Positions 18,990 to 32,725 of a stretch of DNA of 64,000 nt are shown piece by piece. A program made the translations under genes and the position numbers. The DNA is from the human T2T-CHM13v2.0 reference genome, Homo sapiens: NCBI RefSeq assembly GCF_009914755.1, contig NC_060947.1. One strand, 5' to 3'. Position 1 is the first letter of the stretch. Each line of letters opens with the position of its first letter. Under the pieces are notes generated by a model, which ran no database searches, was not told where the DNA came from, and was given only the letters and a program-made list of their open reading frames with translations.

Positions 18990-19914
18990 GTCTGTATGTG
19001 AAATGTTCTCAGATGTTTGGAAATTCCACCTGCCCATTAAGGAATGTGGTGTGGGGAGTTGTAATACAGTCCTGGCTATGTCACACTAGACTAGCCTTAG
19101 CACTTGTTTTCATGTACTATTTTAAATGCTAGTGACCGTTTGAGTCAAATTTTATTCATTATACTAGTAAATGTTATTTGCCAGTCCCATTTTATTTCCT
19201 CATGTGGCGACAGAAGTGCAAATTCCTTATCATAGCTCCCTTAAAAGAGTTTTTAAGACCAGCTGAATTATTAAGCGGATGTGATTTCAAAAATACAAGT
19301 GTGCTGTGATGATTTAGTGTCATATGCTAATATTATAGCTAGCTTTCACAGAGGGGATGTTGAGCATGTGATGAGAAATGGGAGCTAAGTGACAGTACAG
19401 TCAGATGTCGTCTGCTGTCTCCTTGACCCATAGTTTCAGAACCAGTGGTTGCCAGTTCTCTGAGACTGCTTAGGAGAGACTAACAAGCAAGACTTGAAAA
19501 AGGGAGCAGTTTCTCCAAAAACAAAAGAAAACTGACATTTGATTGTATTAGGCATACATTTCTTAGCTCTGTGGCATTGGTATTCAAATTTGGCTCCACA
19601 TTGGAATCACCTAGGAGTTTTTAAAAGAGCCAACGTGTGCCACTCCTGACCCACAGTCTGATTTCATTGGAAAACTTAAAACTCCTGAGGTGATTCTGCT
19701 GTGCTGTGGGAGCCATAACTTGCTGAATCATGCCAGAGTCTCTGAATTCACAGCCGTTTGTCTCTTCCCACAGTTGGCAACCCTCACTTTTGCAAGGTAA
19801 GTTCTGCATTAGCACCATGATTGGAGTGAGTTTTGCAGATAGGTCAGGTGAAAATCAAATGTATCGAAGAGGGAAGCTGGTAACTGGCTGTAGCTGGGTT
19901 GAGTGTGGTATTGC

Positions 19915-20190
19915 TGCATGACAAATTCCCCCAAACCTAATGGCTTCAAATAATGATCACTTTATTCTCTCTCATGGTTACAGGAGTTTGGGGAGGGTTA
20001 AGGTAGGTGCTTGTGGATCAGAGTCTCATGTGGTTACAGGCCAGATGATCAGAGGGTTAGGGTAGGTCTGGACTTGTGGGGCCTCTTTGTGTCTCTGTCT
20101 CTGTTTGTCTTCCCTCCTCCTCTCCTTATTTCCCCCCTGTCCATAGTCTCAGTGCTCTTCCATGTGGTCCCTGTGCCAGTATAGGCTTCC
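19915..20190. mobile_element. MaLR LTR fragment (MLT1-like)
   Basis: tattgctgcatgacaaattcccccaaacctaatggcttcaaa ... ctcttccatgtgg ... ggcttcctcaca. Confidence 0.55.
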
Positions 20191-20759
20191 TCACACTACC
20201 ATGACCTCAGGACTCCCAAGCACAGTTCTGCAGAAACATGGTGCAAGTTGCATCTCCTTTGTTGCCCAAGCCTCACTTTTGTTGGCTGCTTCCCTGTGGG
20301 CTTGTTACGTGCTGGCTCTGTTGCTAGACAGGTCAGACTCCCTGCAAGGTGGGGCCCCTCCTCACACCTCTCTCTCCTTCCCCTTGACCCTTCAGGTGGA
20401 AGTGCAGTAACATCTCTATCCCTGTGGTTTCCCTTATATGCTGCCCCAAACTTCATAAACATTTTAATATTGCTTTGAAATGTCTTAATTTGAGTGTGTC
20501 CTCTGTTTCGTTTTGGGGCCCTGACAGAAATAATTGGTATTGAAAATGTCTCCAGAAAGGCACCTCAAAATGAGATTTTGGGGTTGGATAATTCCAATAT
20601 TCAAGGGGTACAGGGACACTGCTTTGCTGCAGAGGTGAGACATGGAGAATCTGTGGCAGGCACTCATGTTATCTGTCACCAGGGGAGTGAGAGCAGGAGG
20701 CAAGCATAATGTTGGGAGATCAGTTATATCACAAGTTATAGTTTGACATAGGGATCCAG

Positions 20760-23260
20760 TTTCCTTTTTTCCATACTGATAATTGAGCAGAATTTAGTGA
20801 ATAATTCTTCCCTTTCCCAACATTTGCAGCATTGTCTCTTTCATATATCAGAACCCATGTATGTGTGGCTGTGACTCTGGTTTCTGTGTTCTGTTCCACT
20901 GGTCAACTTTCGATCTTTATGACAGTACTAAAGCTTAATATTTGGTAATGCAAATTCCTCCACCTTATTCTTCAGGAGTGTTGCAGCTACTTTTGTGTTT
21001 CTGCTCATTCATCTAAATTTTAGATCAGACTTGTCAGTTATTTTCAAAAATCCTGTTGAAATTTTTATCGGAATTGCATTGGAACCATGTAGATATCTCT
21101 TATGATATTGAGTATTCTATCTGTGAACACGGGCTTTCTCTCCAATTATTTAGGTCTTCTTTAATGCCTTTGAATAGACTTTTTATTATTTTTCCGTATA
21201 GATCTTGTACATCTGTGATTCAGTTTTATTCCTGGATACCTTATAACTTTAGTTGCTCTTGTGGATGATACGATTTTTAAAACTACACATTCTGATTCAT
21301 GCTAGTGTGTTGAAATACAGTTGATATTTTATGTTGCTCTTTCAGCCAGCCACCTTGTTAAAAAAGTCTTGTCTGGGATTCTTTTGGGTTTTGTCTATAA
21401 AATCTTTTTATGCCATCTGTGAACAGTGAAATTTTTCCTTCACGTCTTTATGAATGTAGTTGCTTTTTCTTACCAAGCTGTAGATCATTTCCAGCACTTT
21501 TTGCAGCTTTCAGAGCCCAGCAGCAACGCTTGCCAGTTTTCAGTTTATTCGGCTCCCTCTACTTGTTGTGCTGCAATGGAAGTAGGATGTTGAGCTTTGT
21601 CAGTAGAGGGCGCTGGAGGGACCTTGCAGCGGGAGAGGCTGCTTTTCCCAGTTCTGGTGTTGCTTTGCCCCTGCAGTGCAGTCCCCCAGTAATGCCAAGG
21701 AGAGCAGGAAGTCACCTCGCAATCCTGGCCTGGGCCACCCAGGGGACTTCACCACCACCATTACTACTTTTGCCCCCTTGTGAAAAATCAGTTTGTTGTA
21801 GTTGTCCACGTCCGTTTCTGTACTTTTTATTCTGTTCTGTTGGTCTGTGTGTCTATCTCTTCTTCAGTATGACACACTGTCTTGACTACTGTAGCATTAT
21901 AGTAAATCTTAAATCAGGTAGTGTGATTTCCCCAACTCTGTTCTTTTTCAGATTCATTTTGGTGATTCCAGTTCCTTTGCCTTTCCATATAAATCTTAGA
22001 ACCGGCTTATTTATGTATCTATAAGAAATCCTACTGGGATTTGTGATTTGGGATTGCAGTAAATCTATGGATAATTTGGAGAGAACTGGGCATCATTTCT
22101 GTGTTGAGTATTCCATTCCATGTACATGATGTGTCTCTCCATTTATTTAGGTTGTCTTTGAGTTCTTTCTTCAGCATTTTGTAGTTCTCAGTATACAGAT
22201 CCTGTATGTTTTATTTGATTTGTACCTAATATTTAATTATTTTTTGCACCCATTGTTGTAAATCATTTAAACATTTTTCATTTCCAGTTCAAATTGCTAG
22301 CATATAGAAATTCAGTTGGTTTTGTGTGAATTTGTGTCCTGTGACCCTGCTAAACTCACTTTTTTAGTCTAGGAGTTTTTGTTTTTTGTTGAAGTCTATG
22401 AAATTTTCTATGTAGACAAAGATGTCTATGATTGGAGACAGTTTGACCTCTTCCTTGTGAATCAGGATGCCTCCTAATTCTTTTTCTTGCCTTGTTGTGC
22501 TGACTCTGAATTCACTTCTGGTACGATATTTAATAGGAGTGGAGACGGCGGACAGCTTTGCCTTGTTCCCTGCATTCGTTCTTTCACCATTCTGTACAGT
22601 GTTAGCTGCAGGGTTTTTTATGTAGATGTTCTTTATCAAGTTGAGGAAGTTCCCCTCTATTGCTCTTTCTCTGAGAGTTTTATCATGAATTTGCGTTGAA
22701 TTTTGTCAGATGTTTCTTGAGTCCTGCCTTGAGGTTAGGCCAGGCGATACTGCAGGAAAAGCAGGAAACACGCCACCAGTTTGGTGGTGCTTTGAATTCT
22801 GGTCTTCTCCAATCTGCACGTCGCTGTTTTTATGTAAGAGCCTTCAAATAGCTAGTCCATGTATTCTCTCAGTTTAATAGCAGGATTTTGTGGGATAAAC
22901 AGGGTGGAGTAAATGAACCAGAGCCTTCTTTTAGATACAAATGTTGATACTCAACTATGTGGTTGCTGTAAGTAATTTGTTCTTTTTAGTACTAAGTAAT
23001 ATTCTATTGTGTAAATATGATACAATTTGTTTATCCATTCATGTGTTGATAGACTTTTGTGTATTTCCAGTTATAGACTCATAAATAAAGGTACTATGGC
23101 TTGATTACTTGTGAAGTTGAACTTTTTCCTTTTTGTGGACACTTTCCTCTGAATTGCCCTTACCCATTTTTAAAGTGAACTTTCTTACTGATCTCTATAA
23201 GAAGTTCACTTTTTTGAGTATCAATGTTTTGTTTATGATACACATCACAAGTATTTTCTC
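20760..23260 (-). mobile_element. Old L1M fragments with an inserted LTR33-like piece (about 21560-21760)
   Basis: T-rich antisense L1 ORF2 signatures; cagtagagggcgctggagggac is LTR33-like. Confidence 0.65.
21599..21616 (+). promoter_or_regulatory. CTCF-like motif in an LTR fragment
   Basis: GTCAGTAGAGGGCGCTGG. Confidence 0.45.
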
Positions 23261-24074
23261 TAGTCTGTTTGGGTGACTGGTGGTGCCATTAGCTAAAATA
23301 GGGCCTAGAGGAAGAGCAACAATGCAGGAGGAGACTCTAGCAAGGTGAAGACTTTTAGTTTCAGATATTTTGAGATTGCCAAAAATTTGGTAGAGAGAAG
23401 TGATATTGATAGGGCATTGATTGATTGGCTACAGTCATTCTCTTCATTCCTAGGATGATATTAATCCATCATCAAAATCTACATGCTTGAATCAGATTTA
23501 CACTGAGTTTTAGTGTTTGTGCCTGCTGTTTTTATCAAGGGAAATAGGTATATGCTGTAGGTGTCTTTGGATGTGGTTCTCTTAATATCCGTTTATATGA
23601 ACTTGCTCATGAGAAATCTCTGTGGGGCCAGATGCTAGATTTCTTCCTGTTAAGCAACAGTAATAACTGCCTGAATGCTTTGCTCTGTTCACATTGTCAG
23701 GAAACTGACACTCATGGGCACATTGTCAGAGTCATTCTCTGGAAACATTTGTATTGGCTGTAAGGTCCATCTCTTCACCCTACATCTTGACCCCCCACCT
23801 TGATTTTCATCTTATGTAACTCTTTGTAAAAGGGTTGTAAGAGTATAAATAATTTAAAAGAATTGCCAGTAGTTATTTCTAGTGCCAGGCATATGGCTTC
23901 GCATATAGGGGGGATGCTGAGTAGATGTCATCATGATACAAAGAATCAAATGGCAGATGTCTCCAAAAATGGAAAGTCAGAGGGTTTCGAGAGTCTACTT
24001 CAGGATTTATCCTGACTAAAAGAAATAACAAATCTGTTTCTCATTTCTTGTTGTCATTATTGTTGATACTGTAG

Positions 24075-24206
24075 CTTGCAAACCATACTGGGTACATCAA
24101 AGTTGACTGGCAACGAGTGGAGAAGGACATGAAGAAAGCCAAAGAGCAGCTGAAGATCCGTAAGAGCAATCAGATACCTACTGAGGTCAGGAGCAAAGCT
24201 GAGGAG
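24075..24206 (+). CDS. FUNDC2: FUNDC2 coding exon 4
   Basis: ctgtag|CTT GCA AAC ... GAG GAG|gtgaga; [44 protein letters not shown]. Confidence 0.96.
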
Positions 24207-25289
24207 GTGAGACTTGCATTGTTCACGTGTAGTGTGTGAACAGTGCAGACAAAAACAGGGCTTAACCCTATTGTACCATATCTCAGTGATGGACAGGGCT
24301 TAAGCATTACAAAGAACTTAGAGTAATGAGACAAAACTAACTTGGATTATCATCACTTCAGAACATTTTTAAAAGCTGGATAATTGTTTGGTGACCTTTG
24401 TCTGTGCACATTTGTGGAGTGATTATCCCTTTAACCAGTTCTTGTAGGAATGTGGGGCAGCATAGTAGGTGGGAAGGATATATGGCCAGTATAATTATTT
24501 TGAGTCCCATTTTGTCGCTATACACGCATATCTCTGAAACATTCATACTCTGCTTGTTCTGCATATAACTAGTGGAAATGTCACAAGTATTCAACTCCAC
24601 TGTATATCATCAAAATAGCCATAGATGATATGTTAAATAAGTGGATGTGGCTGTGTTGCAATAAAACTTTATTTAAAAACAGGTTCAGATTGGATTTGGC
24701 CCATGGGCTGTAGTTTGCTAACCCCTGATCTTGTTCATTAAAGCCAAGTTAGATTATGACCTGGCACTGCAGGGACAGGAGAAGTCCTTCCTTTTTAAAA
24801 GGATATTTTTTGCTGCTGCTTTATTACCTTTAGAAATATGTCAGATGTTGCAAATAAATAAGTACACTGAACTGGGGAGAAATAAACAAGGATCAGGGTG
24901 TCAAGAAGATAGCTGGTACTTTCTGTAGCCTGGAGTGATGAGAGATTCTCCCATTAGCTCACTCTAGCCTCACAGGGAAAACAGACAGATTGAGTGCAGG
25001 GGAGGAGAAATACCCTGTGTGCGCCTCAGGCTTCTCATGTTGTGAGTGGCTCTTCGTGCTGGTGATTGGCAAGTGGCTGGTCAAAGCTGGTGCCTTTACC
25101 CAGAGTGGGAAGGTGGCAGAGATGGGTATCTACAGGAGCCCAGAGCCCAGATAGTTTCTCTTTCCTTTCTTCCTTCTGTCTCTCCTCAAAGTTAGGAAAG
25201 TTACATTTTTTATTTCATGAAAACTTTATTATTCAAATGTTTATAAAAATAATGCATGGCTGGGCACAGTGACTCACCACAGTGAGTAA

Positions 25290-25570
25290 AAAAAAATTTT
25301 GTAAGAGAGGTCTCACTCTGTTGCCCAGGCTGGAGTGCAGTGGCACAGTCATGGCTCACTGTTGCCTCAACCAAGCGATCCTCTGACCTCAGCCTTCTGA
25401 GTAGCTGGGTCTATAGGTGTGTACCACCACACCCGGTGAAGTTTTAAATTTTTTGGAGAGACAGGGTCTCCCTGTGTTGTCCTGGCTGGTCTCAAACTTC
25501 TGGGCTCAAGCAGTATTCCCACCTCGGCCTCCCAAAGTGCTGGCATTACAGGTGTGAGCCATGGCACCTT
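25290..25570 (-). mobile_element. AluJ-like element
   Basis: Antisense Alu consensus match. Confidence 0.85.
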
Positions 25571-26999
25571 GCTGAAAACTTTAAAAATAATACTGGAAGT
25601 GTATATAATAAAAAGCATAAAGTTAATATTTGATTAGAACCAACTGTTGACTCACAGAGGGAGTTTGTTATAAAGTAACCAGATAATTTGGAATTGAGTT
25701 CACTGTCACAGGCCCTGGGGATGTAGTGGCTGGTTTTCCTACTCATAGAGCCGGTGGTCTGATTTGAGAAACAGGATGAAGATTTAGTTCAGTATTTACC
25801 AACAAGATGACTTCAGTGAGAACAGTTTGGTGGGGTGGTGGAGTTGAAAGCCAAATTAGCAAGTTGAAGAAAGAGTAGTAAAAATAATAAACGAAACCAA
25901 TTTTCTCAGGAAGTTGTATGATTTTTTTTCTTCACCCCAATGGCAGATGACAAAAGTGCTTCATTTAAGGAAATGTAGAGGTCCAGGAGAGATGGAGGAG
26001 GAGTGGAAATGAGGCAGGAAGACATAGGCATCGTTGGAGTAAGGGCTTACTGGAGGGTTAGAAGACAGTGGTCCTAGGAGGATGGGGTTGGTAGTGTGAA
26101 AAATGTTAGGGGAATGTCAGGGTGTGAGTAGCTTAGGTGGTTTGGGGATGGAAGTCACCGTACTTGAGTTCAAGAAATGATCAGGCCAGGATGTTGGATG
26201 TCTTGTTCATATGAACACTTTCTAAGGTGGTGATCACACTTAGGAGAAAGAGGAAGTCTGAGCCACTTATCAAAATTGTCTCTGAAATTGGAAGGGTGGG
26301 GAGTGGTCAGGAGATTGGTAGAGCACAGACTAAGGAGCCATAAAGAGTGTCTGAATGTATGCACTGAGTCTCAGATGACCGGGAGCTATTCCAGGAGGGT
26401 AGAGGGGAGGTGGGAAGCTTTGGGAACTTAAGGAAATAAGAACGTCACCTGTTAATCATCTTAGATGTGGTGAAGTGTGAGAATGAGAATTTATAGCATC
26501 TACCTGGGAGCAGGTTTCAGGGGGGAATGCATGGATGGAGAGATTTAGGGGAGAGACTTCAGGAAATGAGAAGCCTCTATTGGAGGGTAGATGCCAAAGA
26601 GGATGGAAGGAGCAAAATTGGAAACAGAATTGCCTCTGTAACCAGTTTATTTAGTGCAGCTTTACTCTTTCGCCATAACTGTCCCCATGAACTCTCCTTC
26701 TTTGTCCTTGATTCAAAGAGCCATTGTCTCTACCTCCTGATGTGCATCCTCCTTCCCATCAGGCTCCCTCTAGTCTTATTCTCCCCACACCAGCCAGTAG
26801 TCATTTTCATATGTAAGTCTATTTAATTATTATTAAATAGACTATTAGTGTAAGTCCATTGCCCTTTGGGTAAAGTGCAAATTACGTAACCGATGAGGGG
26901 ATTGACATTGTTAAGACTGGCATAGGTATAATAGAGATGATTCTTAATATTATTAACATCCTTAGCAAAACAACCCATTGTACTATCTTCTGTTTTCAG

Positions 27000-27077
27000 G
27001 TGGTGTCATTTGTGAAGAAGAATGTTCTAGTAACTGGGGGATTTTTCGGAGGCTTTCTGCTTGGCATGGCATCCTAA
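27000..27077 (+). CDS. FUNDC2: FUNDC2 last coding exon (to TAA), followed by 3' UTR
   Basis: ttttcag|GTG GTG TCA ... GCA TCC TAA; [25 protein letters not shown]. Confidence 0.96.
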   Translation: MVSFVKKNVLVTGGFFGGFLLGMAS

Positions 27078-27956
27078 GGAAGATGACCTCATGTTCATTG
27101 TTCCTGGTTTTTTCCAGCCAGCAGCCTCTACACTCCATCATAGGACATCGAGTCCCTCCTCCTCTTCTCCCATGCCTTCTTCCCTGCCATGGCAAATCTG
27201 AGTGGCTTCTCTAAGCATCTGCTGGTACAAGTCAATGTGGCACCATGAGCTTCATGGTGGCAGAAGAGACAATAGTCCTTAGCTCTCCTCCCAGTACACC
27301 CCCTACTTGGCCAGTCTGTAGGCCAACAAGAAGGTTCCTTTACCCCCATGCAAGACACTTATGAGAACACATTACAAGATGGCTGACCGTGGAGGATGAG
27401 TGGATCCTGAAAGGTTGTCCCAAACTGTTGATTTGGAAAAGAAATAAGCACATAGATAACCTTATTGTGTGCTGCATGGAAAGGAACTGAATACATTTGC
27501 CTTTAAGCATGAAAGATTTTGGTATCTTGGTGTCTACTTTCTTTTTTAGTTGGTTTTACATTACAGAAAGCTATTTAAATGTGTTATAATTATGCCGACA
27601 AAATTGGCAGCATAATTACTGTAATTGAAAAATCTGATATTGTCCAGGAATGCTTTCTACCGTACAGGATAATGTATCTCATGGCTGTTTCCAAAGGGTT
27701 TATTTATTGTAAAACAAGTGATTTAGGTGGGAAAGGGAAGATTTTGGATTTTTATTTTGTAGAAAAGGTTTTAAGCTTTGAAATGTGAATGAAATATCCT
27801 TATCAAAACATTAGGGGTGGCCATAACTCCTCTGTGCCACTTCTACTATTTTTTTTTTTAATCTAGTTAGTATGAAATACAACATTTAAACCGGAATTTT
27901 AAAGAAGTAGCTTTCCAGGGATTCAGAATTAAGAAAGATAGTGATAGGACATGAGA

Positions 27957-27962
27957 AATAAA
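27957..27962 (+). terminator. Candidate proximal polyadenylation signal for FUNDC2
   Basis: AATAAA about 0.9 kb after the stop codon. Confidence 0.4.
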
Positions 27963-28029
27963 TTTCCATCAAGTGTAATCTACCGTCTCATGATGACCAC
28001 AACCCTGAGAATTATTCTTTAAAAGCTTA

Positions 28030-28064
28030 CACACACACACACACACGGGCACACACGCACACAC
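28030..28064. repeat. (CA)n microsatellite, interrupted
   Basis: acacacacacacacacacgggcacacacgcacacaca. Confidence 0.9.
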
Positions 28065-29809
28065 AGAATCTTACCACATTTTGCTGTAGTGGCATGTTAC
28101 CATGTCTACAGTCCCTACTAGAATATCAGTCAGCTTTCAGAGGGCAAGACTTCTGTCTTCACCATTATACTCACAGGGCCTAGCACTTAATAGGTGCTGA
28201 GTATTTGAATAATGACTTTATAGAAAGAAAACTCACTATTAAAGGTTAGTTTTACTCAGAATTGTTAATCTTGGAGATGATCTCTTGTGAAATATGAGTG
28301 TGTTTCTAAGGCCATACATTTAAAAATGTTTGCATTTTAACCCGTCTTGAGAATGATGTATTGAATTTGAAAATCAAAACTACCAGTGGATGTGTGGAAC
28401 TTTACAGAAACCACCTATTTGCGTTTTTCTCCTTACATTTAAGGAAACATAAGCCATTTTGCTTGCAATATGTATGAATCATCTCAAAACCATAATGGTA
28501 TGAGCCTCTTTGCTGCATATTTTGCTATAAGAACTTATTTTTTTTCACTTTTTATTATGGACGCTTTCAGGAATATATAAAAGTAGAGAATATAGTACAA
28601 TAATCCCCCTGTGTATCTATCACTCACTCACAACAATCATCAAATTATAGCTCTGCTGGTTTTTACCAGTTATTGTGAAACAAATATCAAAATGTCATTT
28701 TATCATATTTCAGTATGTATCTCTAAAAGGTAAGAATTATTTCTAAAAATCATAAATACCTCATCATATCAGACATTAACAGTAATTACATAATATCCAA
28801 AATCTGATCAGTGTTCAAAATTTCCTCAAGTGTTTTATATTTAGTTTGTTTGAATCAAAATTCATGCAAGGTTCACATCGTATTTGCATGATTTGGATAA
28901 GTCTCTTAACCTTATAGATCCTCCTCTATTTTTTTTTTTTTGCTTGCTATATATTTATATCTCTATATATATTGATATAGACATATGTAGTGACACTGAG
29001 TCATCTGTTTCCTGCTTCCCCACACTCTGCCTCTCCTGACATCTGGGTCTCTGGGTTATGCCATATATGGTGATAGTGGCTGCAGCCACTTTACCTGTGT
29101 GACTTACCCACAGCAATGGGATGGTAACAGCAAAGCTAACCAAAGTGCTCTGTGCCCCTTTGGGTTGCATGTGGGGAGACTGGCCACCCAATGCCTCTCC
29201 AGTGGGGTAGGGGTTGTCTTTTGGTGCATCTGTTTTTCCTGTGATTATTGGTGAGGGCAGCAAAGATTAGCAGGTGGTTGTAAACTACCTTGAGTAGGTT
29301 GTAATAAATAGTCTGGCCTCAGACTGTATTCTGATTGTCTGAATTAAGATCTGTAGGTAGGTCCCTCCTGAAGTTTTTTCCCAGCTGGCTGCCTCTACGA
29401 CTGTGAGGGTCATGGTTGAGGTCAGTATTGCAGGTTGGCCTCATCCTGCTAGTATGAGAACGGCTGTGAGTTCTGCCCACGGTGTGAGGCCACTGTGACC
29501 ACTTGGGATTGTGCAGAGCTGGCATGGAGGTTGAACACGCACAGCTGCACACCTTGTTTTCAGTTTAGCTGAACCATCGGTGAAGGAGGCTCAGGCATTT
29601 GGGGTTACCTGTGAATCAAGGCCCTATTGTGCCAGCAGTTTTGTTTCAGGTGGTGAAGTGGGAGTTAAGGTTTCCCCCAAAAGAACAGCTGCCACTCCTC
29701 CATGCAAAACCGAGATGATTCAAGGACCAGGCAGCTCCACCTTTCAGTGCACTACTTTCATTTGACTGGAGAGGCCTGCTTAGCTAGGCACGTATTTTCT
29801 CCAGTAGCA

Positions 29810-30010
29810 GAGTCCAATGACGCTCTGGACTTCCTAATTAGTGGTGGTGGGGCGGAAGTTTTTCCTTGGGAAGAGCGTTGTCGCTGTATATGGTCCGCAG
29901 AAACTTGACTTGGAATGTGTTCGGGGTTTCATCGCCCCCTTGTGGCGGCGACGTGGTAACACCGCACTCAAGGCTTCCAACTTGTCAACCAATAGGATGG
30001 CATCTACGTA
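29810..30010. promoter_or_regulatory. Promoter/insulator-like motif cluster
   Basis: CCAAT 29815-29819 (+TGACG), GGGGCGGAAGT 29849-29859, CTCF-like CCACAAGGGGGCG (- strand, about 29932-29949), CCAAT 29989-29993; local CpG enrichment. Confidence 0.6.
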
Positions 30011-32137
30011 GTGAAGGCTTCCCTTCCCTTGTCCTGCAGCGTGCTGGACAGTGTCCCGGCTCAGGGACCCCTTCTGTCCCCTTCCTGGCTACTATGGGTC
30101 GGCCCTGCGTCCTCACCACTTTGAGCCACCCTTTGACCCAGCGTCTCTCCCGCAATGGGACCTGGTGGGATGGGGACTTGGAGCATGCTACAGGAGAGGT
30201 AGAACTTTTGAGTCTCTTCTTCCCAAGGTTCTCCCCAGAGTCGGAGAGCAGAGACGGATCCAGGGGCACTTTCTGGCCGCTGCCTGCTCGGGCTCAACAG
30301 ATGGAGTCCAATGTTTCAGTCTCCCCCAAGAATGTGTATCCTCATTGCTGACACGGGAGCTGGGTGCGGGGAGAGATGTGGTGGTGGGGACCCTTGCCTG
30401 AGCAGCCCATTGTCATGAGTGTTATTGCCATTGTGATAATATGTTAGCATGACTCTCCTCCCAAATGGCCGCTTGTTTGTTGCAATCTCCCGCCACTCAG
30501 CCTCCAGACATTCATTAACAGGACAGTGGGGTTCTTGACTCCCCTACCACTGGGGTGACAGTCCTTGCTACTGGATCTGGGCAGTTACTGTCTCATGGAT
30601 GCTGGCAGAAGACGATTCAAGTTGGCGGACTAGATTCTACAAGGAATGATCTCTTGCATAATTCTAGCCAACATGCTCTTGGGGTGGGTGCTTCTGGTTT
30701 TGGAAAGCAAAGTTACTGTGTAGTTAACAACTATTGTGGTAAGAATAGTCTCTCCATCATTCTTTTGTTTCACGGTTGTCAGAAAGATGGGCATAACTAA
30801 TGGTTGGGCTCTTATTTGGAACCTCTACTTTTGTACAGTTTGGGAATCTCTGCTTGAAAAGATGGTATACTGATGGATTTGAAATTTCTGAGTATCATCA
30901 ATGTTTCATGATGATCTCAATTTCTTCTCAGAGGGAAGCTCACAGCCAGTTTTGGACCCCAGAGAAAAATGTGGCTGCTGCCCTCTACTCCCTCTACCAA
31001 ATTATCAGCTTCATTTCTTTGTCATGAAATCTAGTATGATTTCTCAGAAATCAGGCCCAGAACTAAAATACATTTTCTGCCCAATTTTCTAAGAGGTCAC
31101 ACTAACATCTGAGTAATTGGGCAGAAAACCTATTTTAGTTCTGAGCCTGATTTTTCTAGAAGTCATATGGTATAGCTTATATTTCCGATGCTTGCATTCT
31201 TTTTAAGGGGTCATGAATCTTAATACTTTTTTTTTTAAAAGAAAAGTGTCGCACTTTTTCACATTTTTATAAAGCTTTAAAGTCAGTTTACTGACTTTTC
31301 AAAAGTGTCTACCTTTTTAAATTTTAAAATGGTAAGAAATGACATTCCTGAGAGCAGTGGCTTTCATCCTTGCTTGCACTTGGGAATCACCTGTGAAATT
31401 TTAAAAACTACTAATGCCTGGCTCTCATCCTAGAGATTCTGATTTCACTGGTCTGGAGTGCTGTTCAGGCATCCTGAGGTTTTAAAGTGTCTTAGCTTTT
31501 TCTAATGAGCAGCAGAGACTGAGAACCACTGAAGTACACAGTTGGAAGCTGGTGCTGAAAAAATTAAGAGTTTTGCTGTTAACTCCTTAAGAGGGCTTTA
31601 AAGCCTTTTATATTAAGTGCCATACAACTTCAGATGCCTTCTGAATACTGAACACAAGTGTAATATTATAGTTCATTAAATGTCTTAGGAATCGTGTGGA
31701 GTGAATGCAAGGAAAGGAGTGACAAGATATCACCCCACAAATGACTTACCCATTACGAAGGGAAAACTACCTTTCTAGCTAAAAGGTCTGTCAGTCACTA
31801 ACCAAGTGATTAAACTTAGCATCACTAATAGCCAACTTAACAAAGTTTTTTTTTTTTTTTGGTTTCTAAAATGGGAGATCATAGTTTTCACCTTCCTAGA
31901 GTTCTTTGCTTAAGACTGAGATTCAGTGTTACTCTTGGTCCCTAACAATAAGAAGCACTCAGTAAATGTTAAGCCTTCTATGATGGCTATTTTATTTTTT
32001 TGTATGTCATAATAATACCTAAGAATAAGAAGAGTTAAATTAATGTCTTCAAATGGATTTGTTGACTTAAACTGACACAATCCTTTAAAAGAAGGAACTG
32101 ATTTGAACCTTTCAAAACTGAAAGAAAGTCGTATACT

Positions 32138-32505
32138 GATACAGTTTGGAGCCACCGAATGTCATGTTGAACCGTATTCCCTAATGGAGGTGGATCCTGG
32201 TGAGAGGTGATTGGATCGTGGGGGCCATCCCCTCTTGGTACTTCACTCATGATAGTGAGTTCTCATGAGATCTGGCACTTCACCCCTCACTCTCTCTTGC
32301 TCCTGCTTTGGCCATGTGGAGTGCTCACTCCCCTTTTGCTTTCTGCCATGGCTGTAAGTTTCCTGAGGCGTCCCCAGAAGCCCATCAGATACCAGTGCCA
32401 TGCTTCCTGTACAGCCCATGGAACTGTGAGCCAACTAAACCTCTTTTATTTATAAATTACCGAGTCTCAGGCACTTTTTATAGCAATGCAACAATGGACT
32501 AATAC
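32138..32505. mobile_element. MST-type MaLR solo LTR
   Basis: tgatacagtttgg ... gaactgtgagccaactaaacctctt ... atggactaataca. Confidence 0.85.
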
Positions 32506-32576
32506 ATATACTTTAGCATAAAAACATTTAAAAGAGTCTGAAACTGGAGTAGTTAACTCAGTAAAAATAACTTGGC

Positions 32577-32725
32577 AATAAAACACAGAAAAACAATCTA
32601 TTTGATCATGTAGTGATTCCTAATGTAAATCCTAGTACAACTGTCAACTGATAATTTTAAATGTAATTTAGATTTGTAGATGGTGTAACATTAAAGTTGT
32701 ATGATGTTTTATTGTGTTATTATTA
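32577..32725 (+). terminator. Candidate distal FUNDC2 polyadenylation region
   Basis: AATAAA 32577-32582 and ATTAAA 32690-32695, followed by a GT/T-rich downstream tract. Confidence 0.45.

Noticed and set aside
21410-22024. 204-aa ORF
   Set aside because: It is a mosaic of antisense L1 and LTR sequence, Phe/Leu/Cys-rich, with no domain.
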